A stretch of DNA of 64,000 bases from Lama glama (lineage: Eukaryota). The position numbers and the translations under genes were made by a program. Location: positions 23,500,001 through 23,564,000 of the forward strand of contig CM052817.1 in NCBI GenBank assembly GCA_028534125.1. Reading direction: 5' to 3'. Below the pieces are notes generated by a model. That model did not search any database. It was given only the letters and a program-made list of their open reading frames with translations, and was not told where the DNA came from. Below are positions 1 through 12,189 of this stretch, in pieces. How positions within the stretch are numbered: position 1 is the stretch's first letter; each line of letters starts with the position of its first letter.

Positions 1-248
1 GCCCTTGGGTGGTACGGGAGAGTGACAAATTCTTCCCAGTCACATAACCATTCATAAGTGATAGAATTTTACTGATCATGTGATTCCATCCTCCATCATG
101 TAATATCATGGCAAGATTCCACCTATTTTTGAAAGATTTAAATAATCAAAGAGAGGACTGAGTCATTATTTGTACGTTAAAATGTTCAGAATGAAACATA
201 ATGACAATTGATAGAATATTTTAAGAGTGGAGATATACGGATTCAGAG

Positions 249-871
249 TGTATTCATTTCTTATTACTACAACAACAAAATAACAAATTACTACAAATTT
301 ATTAGTGGCTTAAAACAACACAAATTTATTATCTTACAGTTCTGGAAATCAGAAGTGCAGCATTATCTCACTGGCTAAAATCTACATGTCAACACATTGC
401 ATTCCTTTCTGTGGGCTCTAGGGGAAAATCCATTTCTCTGGGCATTCAGGGGTAGGCATGATTCAGTAAGCTCCATGCAATTGTCCTGGGGTCTCCATTT
501 CCCTGCTCGCTGTAATCTGGGGCTGTCCTTTGCAACTAGAAGTGTCTTTCTCATCCCTGCACACGGCTCCCTACTTTTGAAAACTAGCAACAGGGTCTGA
601 AATCCTTCACATGCTGCCATCTCCTTGTCTTCTTCTTCCATTGTTTTACCTCTCTTTGCTTTCTCTTCCACTTTTAAAGACCTATGTGACTACTGCACTG
701 AACCCACATAGATAATCTAGGATACCCTCCATATTTGAAGGTCAACTAATTAAAACATTAATTCCGTTTGCAACTATAATTCTCTTTTGTCATGTGATGT
801 TAACATTCACAGATTAAACCCAAGGAATGAGAACAAGCACATCTTTGGGGAGCCATCATTCTGCCTACCCA
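249..871 (-). mobile_element. MaLR solo LTR, MLT1 family (MLT1D/E-like)
   Basis: Starts TGTATT...AACAAATTACTACAAATTT...GGCTTAAAACAACACAAATTTATTATCTTACAGTTCTGG (reverse complement of the MLT1 3' end). Ends CATCTTTGGGGAGCCATCATTCTGCCTACCCA (reverse complement of the MLT1 5' end). Confidence 0.85.
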
Positions 872-1454
872 TGAAGCTTTCCAACAAGATATCTGGGTCT
901 TATTATCACCTTTCACAGAGACTGTGATTGGGAAAATTAAGCCAGTGACTACAAGGTAGGATAAACTCATGCTGGGAAATAGACTCAAACTTAGTGGCCT
1001 TTGAAATTTAATGATGTATACCCTCATGGAAGACTTCTATTGTCTTATTTAAACTTATTACCTCCTTTACTTATTGAAGGGACTGGCTTGATAGTGTGCA
1101 AAGTAGAAAATAATTTAATTCTTTCCCACTCCAGCTTTTAGAAGAGTTATGTTGAAAGTCTTCCCCCTGTGTCTGGATGATAAATTAAAGAAAACCATAG
1201 CTTTTAAAATTGTATTCAAGCATTAACAATTCTATTTGCAGGTATTATAATGCTTATTCCAAGCAAATTTTAAATTTGCAATCTCATTCTTGCCAAAATG
1301 TCTTTATCTTTAGAATGGGGACACATTTCTCACCTACTGTGATAAACTTTAAGGTTCAGTGTTCAGTTATGAACAATATGTAAGTAATATTCCATAACTG
1401 ATGTTAAAACATAGAACTTGTATAAGGTAGGTTGGATGTGCATAGCAAGGTAAA

Positions 1455-1670
1455 TGCTAGAAGTCTATTTAGTTCCATAATCTGAGTCATCATCCTGGAA
1501 CTTTCTTCCTGGTTCTGTGTCCTGGGGCAAATCCCTGAATATTTCTGTGCCTCAGCCTTCTCAGCTGTAAAATAGGGTAATGATATAGCCCAAGTCATAA
1601 AGTTGAGTATTGTTGAAGTGATACATAACAAGGCATAGAAGCATGCTCCAGTGAAATATGTCCTAATCAG
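1455..1670 (+). mobile_element. MIR SINE
   Basis: MIR core-like TGTGTCCTGGGGCAAATCCCTGAATATTTCTGTGCCTCAGCCTTCTCAGCTGTAAAATAGGGTAATGATA. Confidence 0.75.
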
Positions 1671-3972
1671 CTGTGAGAATTTTGTTTGTTTTAATTTCTT
1701 CATTTAAATTTTCAACATGCTTAAGTAGAGGTATAGAGATCTGGCATTAAGTTAGACACTAAGGAATAATGCCAGCCTGAACATATAAAACATAGCAGAG
1801 CTGCAATCTTTTACATCAGAACAATTTAAGACAATAGGAAGTAGGCATGTACATAGGAAAAATTTTGTTTTGAGTACTAAAAAAATTTTAAAGAATTATT
1901 CTTGTAGTAAATATTACCTGATTTCTTATCCATAATATTTAAAATTGCATGTAACTTGGTTACTCTAGTCATGCTACTTTTCATTCCAACCCTTAAAATA
2001 ATTAAAAACATACTAAGGTAGGTTGTGAAATATTAATGGAACTTAATAAACAACTATTTTTTGTTCTTCCATTATAAAATTACTTTTTAAAAAGTTCGTT
2101 CCAAATAAAAGATTATACCAAAATCAATAAGCTCAAAGAAGGAAGTCGTCATGTAAGATAGCCATCACTTTTTTTAATGGATCAGTTTATTGTTATTAGT
2201 ATGAAACATTCCTGAAAACTTTTTAACACTGAAGCTGTGGGAAACATATAAAATAGTAAAATATACATATTTTATCAACTATTTACTTCCTTAATCTAAA
2301 CTTTAATTAAGTTTTTGTTTGTTTGTTATTAGTGGGAAGCTGAAGTCTGACTAAGTGGTACAAATACTACAAAGCCACTGGGCAGGGAGCCTGGGGACAG
2401 GACAGGAAGTGCAAGCTAAGCACTTTAATTTTGCAAGTAGAGGGTTCTAAAATCCTAGAATATGATAAATCAAAAATAAATGAGGGAATTGGTATGGACT
2501 TAAAGAAGCAGACTTTAGTGAAATCTTCCTAGGACTTTCAGAGTTTCATTTATTAAATCGGTTAATCTAGGGAAATAGTAGGATAGAAAAGATATGAAAT
2601 AGTCATTCTACACAATAACTGAGATTAACGTTTCTGTTCTTAAATTAATGGAGTGCATTAGCATTTTTTATTAACAAGTAAGATTTTTCTGTAACAAAAA
2701 CAAATTTGGTTTATTTATTATTTACTTTCTTGCAAAATTTATCAATCCCAATAAAAATACAGTATGTATAAATAAGGAAACATTATCTGTGCAGTTTTCC
2801 AAGAGAATTAGATTGTTTCCAGAAAGAATTCTGTCTGCTAATGGAATTCACTGATGCAAGAAGCTCTTGAGTCAAATATCATGCTAAATTCCAAAAAGCA
2901 CTGTGTAACGTTATGACCAATTATGCTGCTTGTAGCTATCTGGATAAACTAAAGGTAATTAAATCTTCATGCTTCAGGATACAAACGGAGAGCCAGCATG
3001 CCTCTGCTGCAATTGACTTCATTTGTTAAGTGCTCTATTACTCAAATATCACATAAAATTATCAAAAAGATTGAATATCGGCAGTACTAGGAACAAAATG
3101 TCCATTGAGACATTTTTGGTACATTTTCAATATGTTATCTGTAAAGGCAAAGCATTAGTATGCTAAATTTCTATTTGGGTTGATTTTTACTCTCAAAGCA
3201 AAAAAATAAAATAAATATTCCATAAAGTAACTCTCAGCCGTGTAGGACACCTAATTATATATATACTTGACCTAAAACTGTCTATTGAGGTTGACAGAAA
3301 TGGCCATATTGTTTCAGAAGAGCAGCTCTTAAAGCTTGATAAAAGCAGTTGATGAGGTGTGAGCACTGGATCAGTTTTCTTTTTCAAGTAGGATTTAATT
3401 AGTCAGTTCACACTTCTTCAACAACACATACTACGTTATCAGAAGTTCACAACTGCCCTTTCTCCACTAAAGTTACCTGAGATGAAAATAATGCAATGAA
3501 AAAAAAAATCTCATAAATACATGTAAACACTCCTGCAAATATTGAAAATAGAGGGTAGAAGTAAAGTTTCAATAATAAATTAACAATCTGTTAAGTAATA
3601 CAGATTTCTTGTATATAGATAAGTTGGTAGATCATCTGTTAGTTCTGTGATTGTAAAAAAAAAACCCACTGTAGTATGTTATAAAAATATGCTATTAGGT
3701 CTTTTATTTGGTTGAGAAATTCTACCAACACTGTATATGTCAGTCCATCCTCACTTCATCATAGACTAACCATCTGCAGATGACCCACAGTTAAAATATT
3801 GTGAATTTTCATACTGTTAGGTTTTCCCTAAAATGATTGTTTAATCCAAAGAGATAATAAGATACCACTCTTTATAGTGTAAACTATAAAAACCTTTCCA
3901 CAGTAAAAATTATCCTTTGTTTATCATTAACAAATTATATATACATATATATAAAATATATGATTATATAAT

Positions 3973-4037
3973 CTTTACATGCATTATCTAATTTAATTTT
4001 TCTCAATCCTATGAAACAGAGGCTGTAATTATCTCTA
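3973..4037. repeat. 65-bp local duplicate of 4562-4626 (MIR-derived)
   Basis: Direct comparison gives 60/65 identical positions with no gaps. Confidence 0.9.
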
Positions 4038-4509
4038 TTTTGGATCTGAGAATAAGAAAGATACATATATATATAGCTTGAATCTTCATCCTGAGATCTA
4101 AAAGTAAATTCTCTGTTATATTCATGATCTGTGTGTCTACTTCTTTGACAAATAGAATATGAATGTATATTTTTAGTTCTTGTGCAACTAGGTATGTTGA
4201 GGTCACGTGTACAAACTGTCTACTGAAGGAAGCACAGTCTGCTATTAAGTAAACAAGATAAAATCTCTCTTTAAAGAACATGTGTTTTCCTTTGAACTTG
4301 AGTTGGTATTTTTGGATGCCTTCATATAAGTATTTAAAGTCATCTCCATTTTCTACTTATTAAATACATATTTATTTCAAACTAAGTTATCTTTATTGAG
4401 AGAAACAGATACAGAACCATGATGCTGCTTTTCCATATGTGATGAGAATTCCACAGACAATTCTACTACTGATCAACATGAAGAACGACACTGATGAGAA
4501 CCTTCGTGA

Positions 4510-4745
4510 TGATAGTTGGCATTTACCGAGTACCTACTGTACGACAGAACCTGTGGTAGCCCTTTACATGCATTATCTCATTTAATTTTTCTCAATCCTA
4601 TGAAACAGAGACTATAATCATCCCTACAGAGAAGGAAACTGATGTTTAGGGAGGCTTAGTTACTTTCCCAAGTTGATACATATATTAAGTTCACAACTTT
4701 GATTTGAACTTAGATGTGTATATTAGTAAAATGAAAGTCCTTAAT
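4510..4745 (-). mobile_element. MIR SINE
   Basis: CATTTACCGAGTACCTACTGT...CTTTACATGCATTATCTCATTTAAT...GAAGGAAACTGATGTTTAGGGAGGCTTAGTTACTTTCCCAAG, the reverse-orientation MIR pattern. Confidence 0.8.
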
Positions 4746-5479
4746 TACTCTGATGTCAGGATCTAAGAGCATTTTAAATTTGAGTTCATCTTCCACTGAA
4801 AAACTCTTCACTCAGCAAAAGCCAGTAGCCCCAGCAGAAATCTTAGCTGTCAGAGCCAACTTCACTTTTGTATTAGAATGTACAATGATGAGGTCATTGA
4901 TGTGATGTGTGTTTCCTAGCATTCATGACTGATATAGTGGTACCTTTGTAGAACTTTGGTCACACAGTTTTGCTGAACTGAATCAACATTTGCAGCCATA
5001 CAAACTAATTAACAATCAGACATCGATTCATTTGCTAAAGCATGCACAGATGCAAAAGATATCTTTATGTAAGAGAATATAAATCGACATGTTTTGTGAT
5101 ACTCTTGTGAAAGATAAAAAATAAGACATCTGAATACTTGAAGAGGATGCTAACTGTCACCTGCTTCTGTATTTGGAAAACAAGAACTCAGACCTAAATT
5201 AATGAGAAATTACCATAACCCCAAGTAAAGGCCTGCACAATCTTTGAATATGAAAAATTGAAAAGTAATTTTCCTGTACATTAAAAGAAACCTATCACCC
5301 CCAATATCCTGAAACTGATATTAGTAGAAGAGAAAGAAAATGTTTAAAACAGTGGCTTGTTCATTAATCTGATCTATGCAACATGATGAATCCAAAAATT
5401 TGGAAGAATTGCTCCTTAGGTCTTCACCAAAATAAGCAACTGAAAAGAAATCTGTACTGGTGATGTTCTAGTCCAACAA

Positions 5480-6190
5480 ACCAAACATAGTTTAACTGTC
5501 ACAATGTCATCATACAAGAAGAAAATTAAGTCTGTCATACTATTGCAGTTAACTCCTACTTCTACTCTTAACCTTCCCTCCAATAGTCCATTCTTAGCTA
5601 AGCAGTTATGGTGATCCTTTTTCAAGATGCAACTTAGCCAATGGCAATTTTTTCTGTTCAAACCCTCCAATGGCTGCCCATTTTCTTCAAAGTAAGAATC
5701 AGAATATTTATAATGTTTAATAGGACCTAAGCTAGTTGTACACCTCCCTGACTTCCTCTCCTAATCTTTTGCACACTGTTTTCTAGCCACAGTTGCCTCC
5801 TCAGTGTTCCCTGAAAATGTCAAGCATTCTTCCATTTCGAGGATTCACACTGGCTCCTTCTCTACCTAAACACACTCAAATTTTCCCCTCTTGCTTCCTC
5901 TCCTTCAAGTCTTTGTTCAAATGACACCTTCTCAGTAAAGTTTGACTAATCTATTGAAAAATTCATTGCCCATTACTCAAAATCTTCACTTAGTTTATCT
6001 GACTTTTTTCTAAAGTACTTAGAATTGTCTTATATCATTTACTTTTTTTTTTCTGTCAATTACTATCAGAATGCAAATGTAACAAGAGTATTTTGTTCAC
6101 TGATACATACTTAAATCAGCACCTGGCACATAATGGAAGTTTAATAATATCTGAGTAATGAATAAAGACTAATTGATTGATTTAATGAAT
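5480..6190 (+). mobile_element. L2 LINE 3' fragment
   Basis: Typical L2 3' region: AAACCCTCCAATGGCTGCCCATTT, TCTTTGTTCAAATGACACCTTCTCAG, and terminus TTTGTTCACTGAT...AGCACCTGGCACATAATGGAAGTTTAATAATATCTGAGTAATGAATAAA. Confidence 0.75.
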
Positions 6191-6799
6191 AAATTAGTAG
6201 CCTTTAATACATTCAAAGTGCTAGAGTTGATCAGTAGATGTAGACTGGGCAGAGAGTCTTAATCAAGGAGCTACAAATGATTTATACGTGAGCCATTGAT
6301 TCTCTTAGTGGTGGGTCTGAGAGATGTGAGGTGGCCTAGTCTGGGTACCTCTAGCTTCAAAGAGGGTTTTTTCATTTTCTCCAGTGATCTGTAAAAACAT
6401 CATTTTATCTGTGTTTCTTGATGTATAAAAGTTTGAGAAGCAAAAGTTTAAGGAAAGTGAAGTGTGATGCAAATGCTGGCATTTTCAGGGATCCCACTCT
6501 CTCTCTACATCAGATTTCAGCCTTAATATCATAGGAAAGCCAGATGTGGTATCTTTTAGTCCAACAAATGCAAGTAGGTCCCCCCACAAAAATGTAAGTT
6601 GTCAAAGCCAATCACAATTATGTATAACAAAGATTGAGATAATGAAACTTTTAAATATTATTATGTGAGGTGACTGTAGATGTGGGTAAAACTAAGAAGG
6701 AAACAAACAGGAATGAAATAAAGGAAAGCACAGATATACACAGTAGGCTGTCAGGGAATATACTACACAAATTTGAAATTGCCAGTTATTGCCGTGCAA

Positions 6800-7890
6800 G
6801 TCACTGATGTTATTTCCATTGATTTTTTTTTTTAAACTTTTTCTCTCTGTTCTTCAGGTTGAATAATTTCTATTGATCTGTCTTCAGATTTGCTGATCCT
6901 TTTTTCCTGCCATCACCAATATACTGTTAGGCCTGTTCTGTATTTTGTTTTAACTTAAGATACTGTATTTTTCACTTCCAGAATTTCAATTTGATTTTTC
7001 TTGCAGTTACATCTTGCTAGTGAGATTTCCCATCTATTTAGTATTATGGCTGTCTTTTCCTTTAAATTTTTGAAATTTTTTTTTAAAAAGTATATTCTGC
7101 TAATTCCAACATCTGAGTCATCTTGGGCTCTGTTCCTATTGGCTGCTTTTTTCTTAACGAAATACCACATTTTCTTGTCCTACACATTTCTAGTGACTTT
7201 TCATTTATTGAAGACATTGCTCCTGATTCTTTATGTTCCATAAGGTTGCTTGATTATTCTCATGGAAGGCAGATGAATTATTAAGTGATCACCAGGAATC
7301 TGTGGAGGCTCGATTTTAACATTGGGTGATGCAGATTTGTGTAAACTCATCAAACTCATCAAACTCAGCAGAACTCAAACAGCAAACTGTGTTTCTATTG
7401 CAATAGATATCAGCTAAAACATTTGTCCTTTTTTCTTTTTCTTTTTTTTAGCTTTCAGTTGTTGCTTTTAGCAGGAACTCCAAACACATGATGTTTAGGG
7501 TCAGGCAAAGATTTGAGGGAATTTATACACAGATTTTAGGTATCCCTTCTTTCCTGGATCTCCCTGCCTCAATTCTCATTCACTCTGACAGCCTTAAACT
7601 CTCTCCTCTGATACCTTAAGTCAATAAAACTGTGCCTTTATGTTTATATTTCAGGAGTCTTCATGTCACACTGCCTGGGGAATGACTCTGAGAAAACATT
7701 GTATAATGGTGAATGTCGCTCAGTGAATGTGTGTTTCTTCTTTCAAGAGTTGATAATCTTTTCGTATTTGCTTATTATGGCCACTCCTTAGTGTATTTGA
7801 AGAGTTGATTTATATTTTGTACAGTGTTTACAGTTGTTACTTGCATGAGTATTAGTCCAATGCCAGATATGTTGTCATTTCTAGAATAAT
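6800..7890 (-). mobile_element. Old L1 (L1M) 5'UTR/ORF1 fragment
   Basis: Minus-strand ORF 6955-7170 contains KKNQIEILEVKNTVS, a motif typical of the L1 ORF1p coiled coil. Flanks (TTCTATTGATCTGTCTTCAG, GGCAGATGAATTATT) resemble the L1M 5' region. Confidence 0.7.
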
Positions 7891-7964
7891 CTTGTTAATT
7901 TGTTTAAATAAATCATTCCTAGTTGATTTATCATAAATTATGTTAATTATCTCAAGAGTGTTGG

Positions 7965-8574
7965 TGTTGCCAGTGATTAGATTCTTGTCTCTTCACAGAA
8001 AGAATTCAGAGATGAGACACGGAGGTCAAGAAAGTAAAGTGAGGATTTATTAAAGGATAAATATATGCTCTCAAGGGGAGAGCAGTCAGGTTCAGGTGAG
8101 CAGCTGCACCGAGTTTCTTTGGTAAGTTAGCTACATGGAGGGTAAAAATGAACAGGCAGAATATTCACTGTGGAGGGAAGGGTTTGGGGTTGTATTCCTT
8201 GATTTTCAGCTCCACCTTCACAAGGGGAGGAGGGATTTTTGCCTTTATTTAGTCTGAATTGGAAATGTCATGGTGGCAGTGCATGATGGGTACTTCTAAT
8301 CTGCAAGTCCAATTTTATTGTAATGAGGACATAAAAGAGCAGAAGGTTACATTGGACACTGGAGATTCCTGCCTTTTCCCACCTTTCTTTGCCTGCCTCC
8401 AGGACACTTGTCATCTTAAAATGTGTGATATCTTACCAGTCCCAAGGTTCCTGCTTTTCTCTGACTGCCCAAGGACACCCTCCCCCACGTTGTTCACATG
8501 ATATATGGTTTTCTGCCTTTTGGCCAGTGTCCCCCTTTCTCTTTCTCATATCTAGCTATCTGTCTGCTCTGTTA
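7965..8574 (-). mobile_element. ERV1-type solo LTR, same family as 44861-45479
   Basis: Colinear similarity to 44861-45479 (CAGAAAGAATTCAGA, GGTCAAGAAAG, GGATTTATTAA, CCTCCAGGACACTTGTCA, TCTAGCTATCTG). AATAAA lies on the minus strand. Flanks TTGG/TAGG may be a degenerate 4-bp TSD. Confidence 0.8.
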
Positions 8575-8891
8575 TAGGTAGAAATCTTAGAATATTGATG
8601 GTTGATGTTTATCTAATCATAGATATAGATATACCTATATGGTAACCGACTCCTATATTAAAGAGAAGACTTACAATGAATTAGAAATCACTTTTTAATT
8701 TATTAGTTGCCTAATTAATTACCCTATGTCATATGCTGTACTTTATGTTGGATATACCATGGTTTCCAAAACAATCATGAGACAAAACTTTATAATTCAT
8801 CATCTTGTTTTCTCTACATTTATGATGGGTCATTCAGCCAACCACTGAATTATAACTTGTCTTGTGAAAACAAATGGATTAATAAGCTACA

Positions 8892-9353
8892 TGTTCTTAA
8901 AAAACAAAGTTCAACTGAGAAAATTTGAAAACCTAATTGGCTTTATTCAGCAGTTCACGACTCAGGCAACATTTCATCTAGCAATTAGTAGGATGCTTGG
9001 GTAGGGTTATACACAATGGATGGGTTTTATAGGGAGAAGGGTGAGGTGAAGGAGCTATTAGCAAAAGAAAAGAAAGGATTACTTTTAGGTCAGGACACCC
9101 TCATGTCTGTGGAAAGAGAATTGCAAGCATTTTATCATGCAAATTTCCTCTTCTTTCTCATTGGTGGAGGGGGAATTAGAGAGGATCCACGTGATAGATT
9201 ACCCCACTGGTACTGACCAGAAAATTCCTAGTTAATTATGACCTTCTGAGGAAGGTTGAAGCAACAGTTAGGTTGAGTATTAAATCTAGGTTTGGTGTCA
9301 TGGACTTTAGAACAAATGACACCATTTGGGGCTTGTGGTTTTTCTCTTTAACA
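8892..9353 (-). mobile_element. Older ERV1-like solo LTR (family not assigned)
   Basis: TGTT...AACA termini, ~460 bp, minus-strand AATAAA (CTTTATT at ~8941) and a TATA-like TTTTATAG. Overall layout of MER-class ERV1 LTRs. Confidence 0.6.
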
Positions 9354-9879
9354 ATATTTTATGCTTCTAATACTTACTCAGAATTATACTTTTATTATTT
9401 AGATTAATGATTTCATTGTTTATTTCTTATCACAATGGATTTAAATGAGGGCTGCATCTGAAAAGCATGAAGATAGCGAGCATGCCAAAAATATACATAA
9501 ATGATATTAGAGTCAGCTAAGGATTTTAATTAACATAAGAAGAGATTTGTATATAGATTTTTTTATGTCCAGTAGTTTTCCAGAAAGAACAAATGTGCGA
9601 GAAAGTGATTTCTCCAATTATATGTTAATAGCTTTTCATGTGACTTGCTCGTTGGAGGTGGGGGAAATGTAATTGCATGAAACTCAGAACTGAATTTCAA
9701 AATATCTAGAGTCAAAAACCCAGAGGAGCAGAAGGAGTTTCACCTTAATAGCATGAAGCTATGTATAGTATCTGGATATTATTATTGTAAATATACACAT
9801 ATACAAATATATGCTTATAAAGTATACATTCTTTTTGATAATTTTAAATGTTTAAAAGACTGTGATGGACACGATCCAA

Positions 9880-10640
9880 AAGCCCTGTTACTGTACACCA
9901 GGTAGGGAAAGTTCTGTAGTAAGGGATGGTTAAACTCCTCTAAACAAGCTTCAGCAGGACAATGTCCTTTTGGTGTTTTATGTACACAAAAACCTTCCTA
10001 CACACAAACAAATATAGAAATCTCCATTGTAATAGCCAAATACCGCATTTAAAAAAATGAAAAAGCTGAGCTTGAAAATCCGGAGGTTTATCCAGTCCCT
10101 GGTTAATTTATTGAGCTCGATACCACTTTCTTCAGTATATTTCAGGGCAAAGCTTTACAACTGGGTTTCCTGAATGGCCTATTTTACTTGCCAAAGGAAG
10201 TAAAAATGGAAGGTATATTTGTCTCCTTGAAAAGGTTATGAAACTCTTTTGTAAAAACTTTCCCTCGGGGGCTTTCCAAAAACAACTGGGCCAATTCGAT
10301 GTCAAAACACAATGAACAAAACATACAAGAAGAGCAGACTTTTTGAACCAGCTGCTGGACTACCTGCAGCTCTTCTTAACAAGCAGGCCAATTCCACCTG
10401 GAAACAGAATGAACACAAGATATAAAAAGATCAAAATGGTTTGAACAAGCAGCTGTTTTAACTGCAACAGTTAATCTTTCCTGGCAATCTGTTAGAGACA
10501 CGTGAACAGAGCTAAGAACATTTTTGCTGACTCTGCCTCTGGGATGTGCTCAGTAAAGGTTCTTTCCACACATCTGAGAAATGTCAGTTATCCACTTACA
10601 CAGCATAGAAACATGGTGCCTTTTATTTCAATTTAGATGT
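9880..10640. promoter_or_regulatory. Repeat-free candidate enhancer with a consensus NF-kB site
   Basis: GGGGCTTTCC at 10268-10277 matches GGGRNYYYCC. ETS core GGAAGT at 10196-10201. E-boxes CAGCTG (10349, 10450) and CACCTG (10395). Motif evidence only. Confidence 0.3.
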
Positions 10641-10705
10641 AAAGAATGCAGTATTAATGGTCAGCCTCACACAAGGAATACAAACTCATTTGTTGTTTAC
10701 ATCTT

Positions 10706-11001
10706 TTTTTTTTAAGTGGAACAGTTGCACATTTTATCTTTACAGTTTATTATTGAAGTATAGTCAGTTTACAATGTTGTGTCAGTTTCTGGTCTACAGC
10801 ATAGTGTTTCAGTCATACACATATGTATTCCTTTTCATAGTATTTTTCATTATAGGTTACTATAAGATATTGAATATAGTTCCCTGTGCTATACAGAAAC
10901 TTGTGGTTTATCTGTTTTATATAGAGTAGCTAGTTTCTGCAAATCTTGAACCCCCATTTTATCCTTTCCCACCCCCTCCCCTCCCCAGGTAACCATGAGT
11001 T
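10706..11001 (-). mobile_element. Young 5'-truncated L1 3'UTR with 13-bp TSD
   Basis: TTATTGAAGTATAGTCAGTTTACAATGTTGTGTCAG...TTCCCTGTGCTATACAG matches the other L1 3' ends in the window. TSD TTGTTTACATCTT at 10693-10705 and 11002-11014; poly(T) tail on the left. Confidence 0.9.
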
Positions 11002-11169
11002 TTGTTTACATCTTAATTTCACCGACAAGATATTTGAGATATTTTTAAGTGTGCTAGCAAACTTTATTTGTTAACGAAAATAAAACCTATATTTGAAACA
11101 ATACATGCCACAATGTGGTCTATAATTTAATTTAAAGATCAAAGACTATGTGTAGAATGACACATGAGT

Positions 11170-11370
11170 AAGCTCATTGTGTCAGCCACAGTTCTAAGTG
11201 AGGTACATATGTACATCAAGTAATCACACACTTGAAGATGTAGGGACCAGAGACTTGAGGCACTGAGAAGGAAAGGAATTTATCCATGACTACATAATTC
11301 ACAACTGGCAGAGCTGGGATCCCAACACATGCTGCCTGAATACAGGGATCATGTTCTTGGTAACAGTGCA
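11170..11370 (-). mobile_element. MIR SINE
   Basis: GAGGCACTGAGAAGGAAAGGAATTTATCCATGACTACATAATT...GGCAGAGCTGGGATCCCAACACATGCTGCCTGA. Confidence 0.6.
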
Positions 11371-12189
11371 GCAGGATGAACATCCACTGGAAACATTTCC
11401 TTCAAAGAATTAAAGACTGAAATATGAACAACTGCTGTGAATTTCATATTGTTTACAAGCTAGATCTTTTCATATGAACTATATTTTTGAATTTATTTCT
11501 GCATTATATTGTGGCAAATATAAAAATCATTTCTAGTATGTTTAAAATATTAATGGTATGAAACAATTCCCCAACCACATTAAGTGCTCTAGAGGTTTAT
11601 GACAATTAATGTATGAAATGGACAATCTGACTACTACTGCTTTCCATTTTTCAGATTCAAGCTGTTGTGATATTTTCATAATATGTACAGGCAATCTAGT
11701 GGCAGTCTAAATTGTTCAACTTGTGAAATATAATTTTTTAATCAACTCATTTCACCACAGTCAGATTCTACATAGTGCTTTGGGTAGACACATATGAAAG
11801 TAATTTTTTTTTCACCCTAAGAGGCCAAACAGCTTGTTTGATGAAAGCCAGATATGAAGTCCTGATTCACTTATACATGCAATTATGACCTTTACATAAA
11901 ATAACAACACTATTGTGATAGTTTAAAAAGTATGTACACAGGTTTCATAGAAAGGACAATTCTGACAAAAATCTCTCAATTTTAAGCAGATTTTAATATA
12001 TTTCTCAGTTTTGTATAAATGAGGCAGTTATATCAATAATCAGTAATATCCAAATAAGTCATAAAACACTCTGATCCCAGAAAAACTTATTGTCTCCTGG
12101 AGTTTTCTTTATTAGATCAGTTTCATTGAGAGAGAATTTTGTCTGATGGGAACTCATCTATTTCTGTACAGTCTAAAGATCTCAGGCTC

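Noticed and set aside
6230..6445. Possible hAT-Charlie DNA transposon remnant
   Set aside because: Only one end (GTTTGAGAAGCA) resembles a TIR; I could not support family or boundaries.
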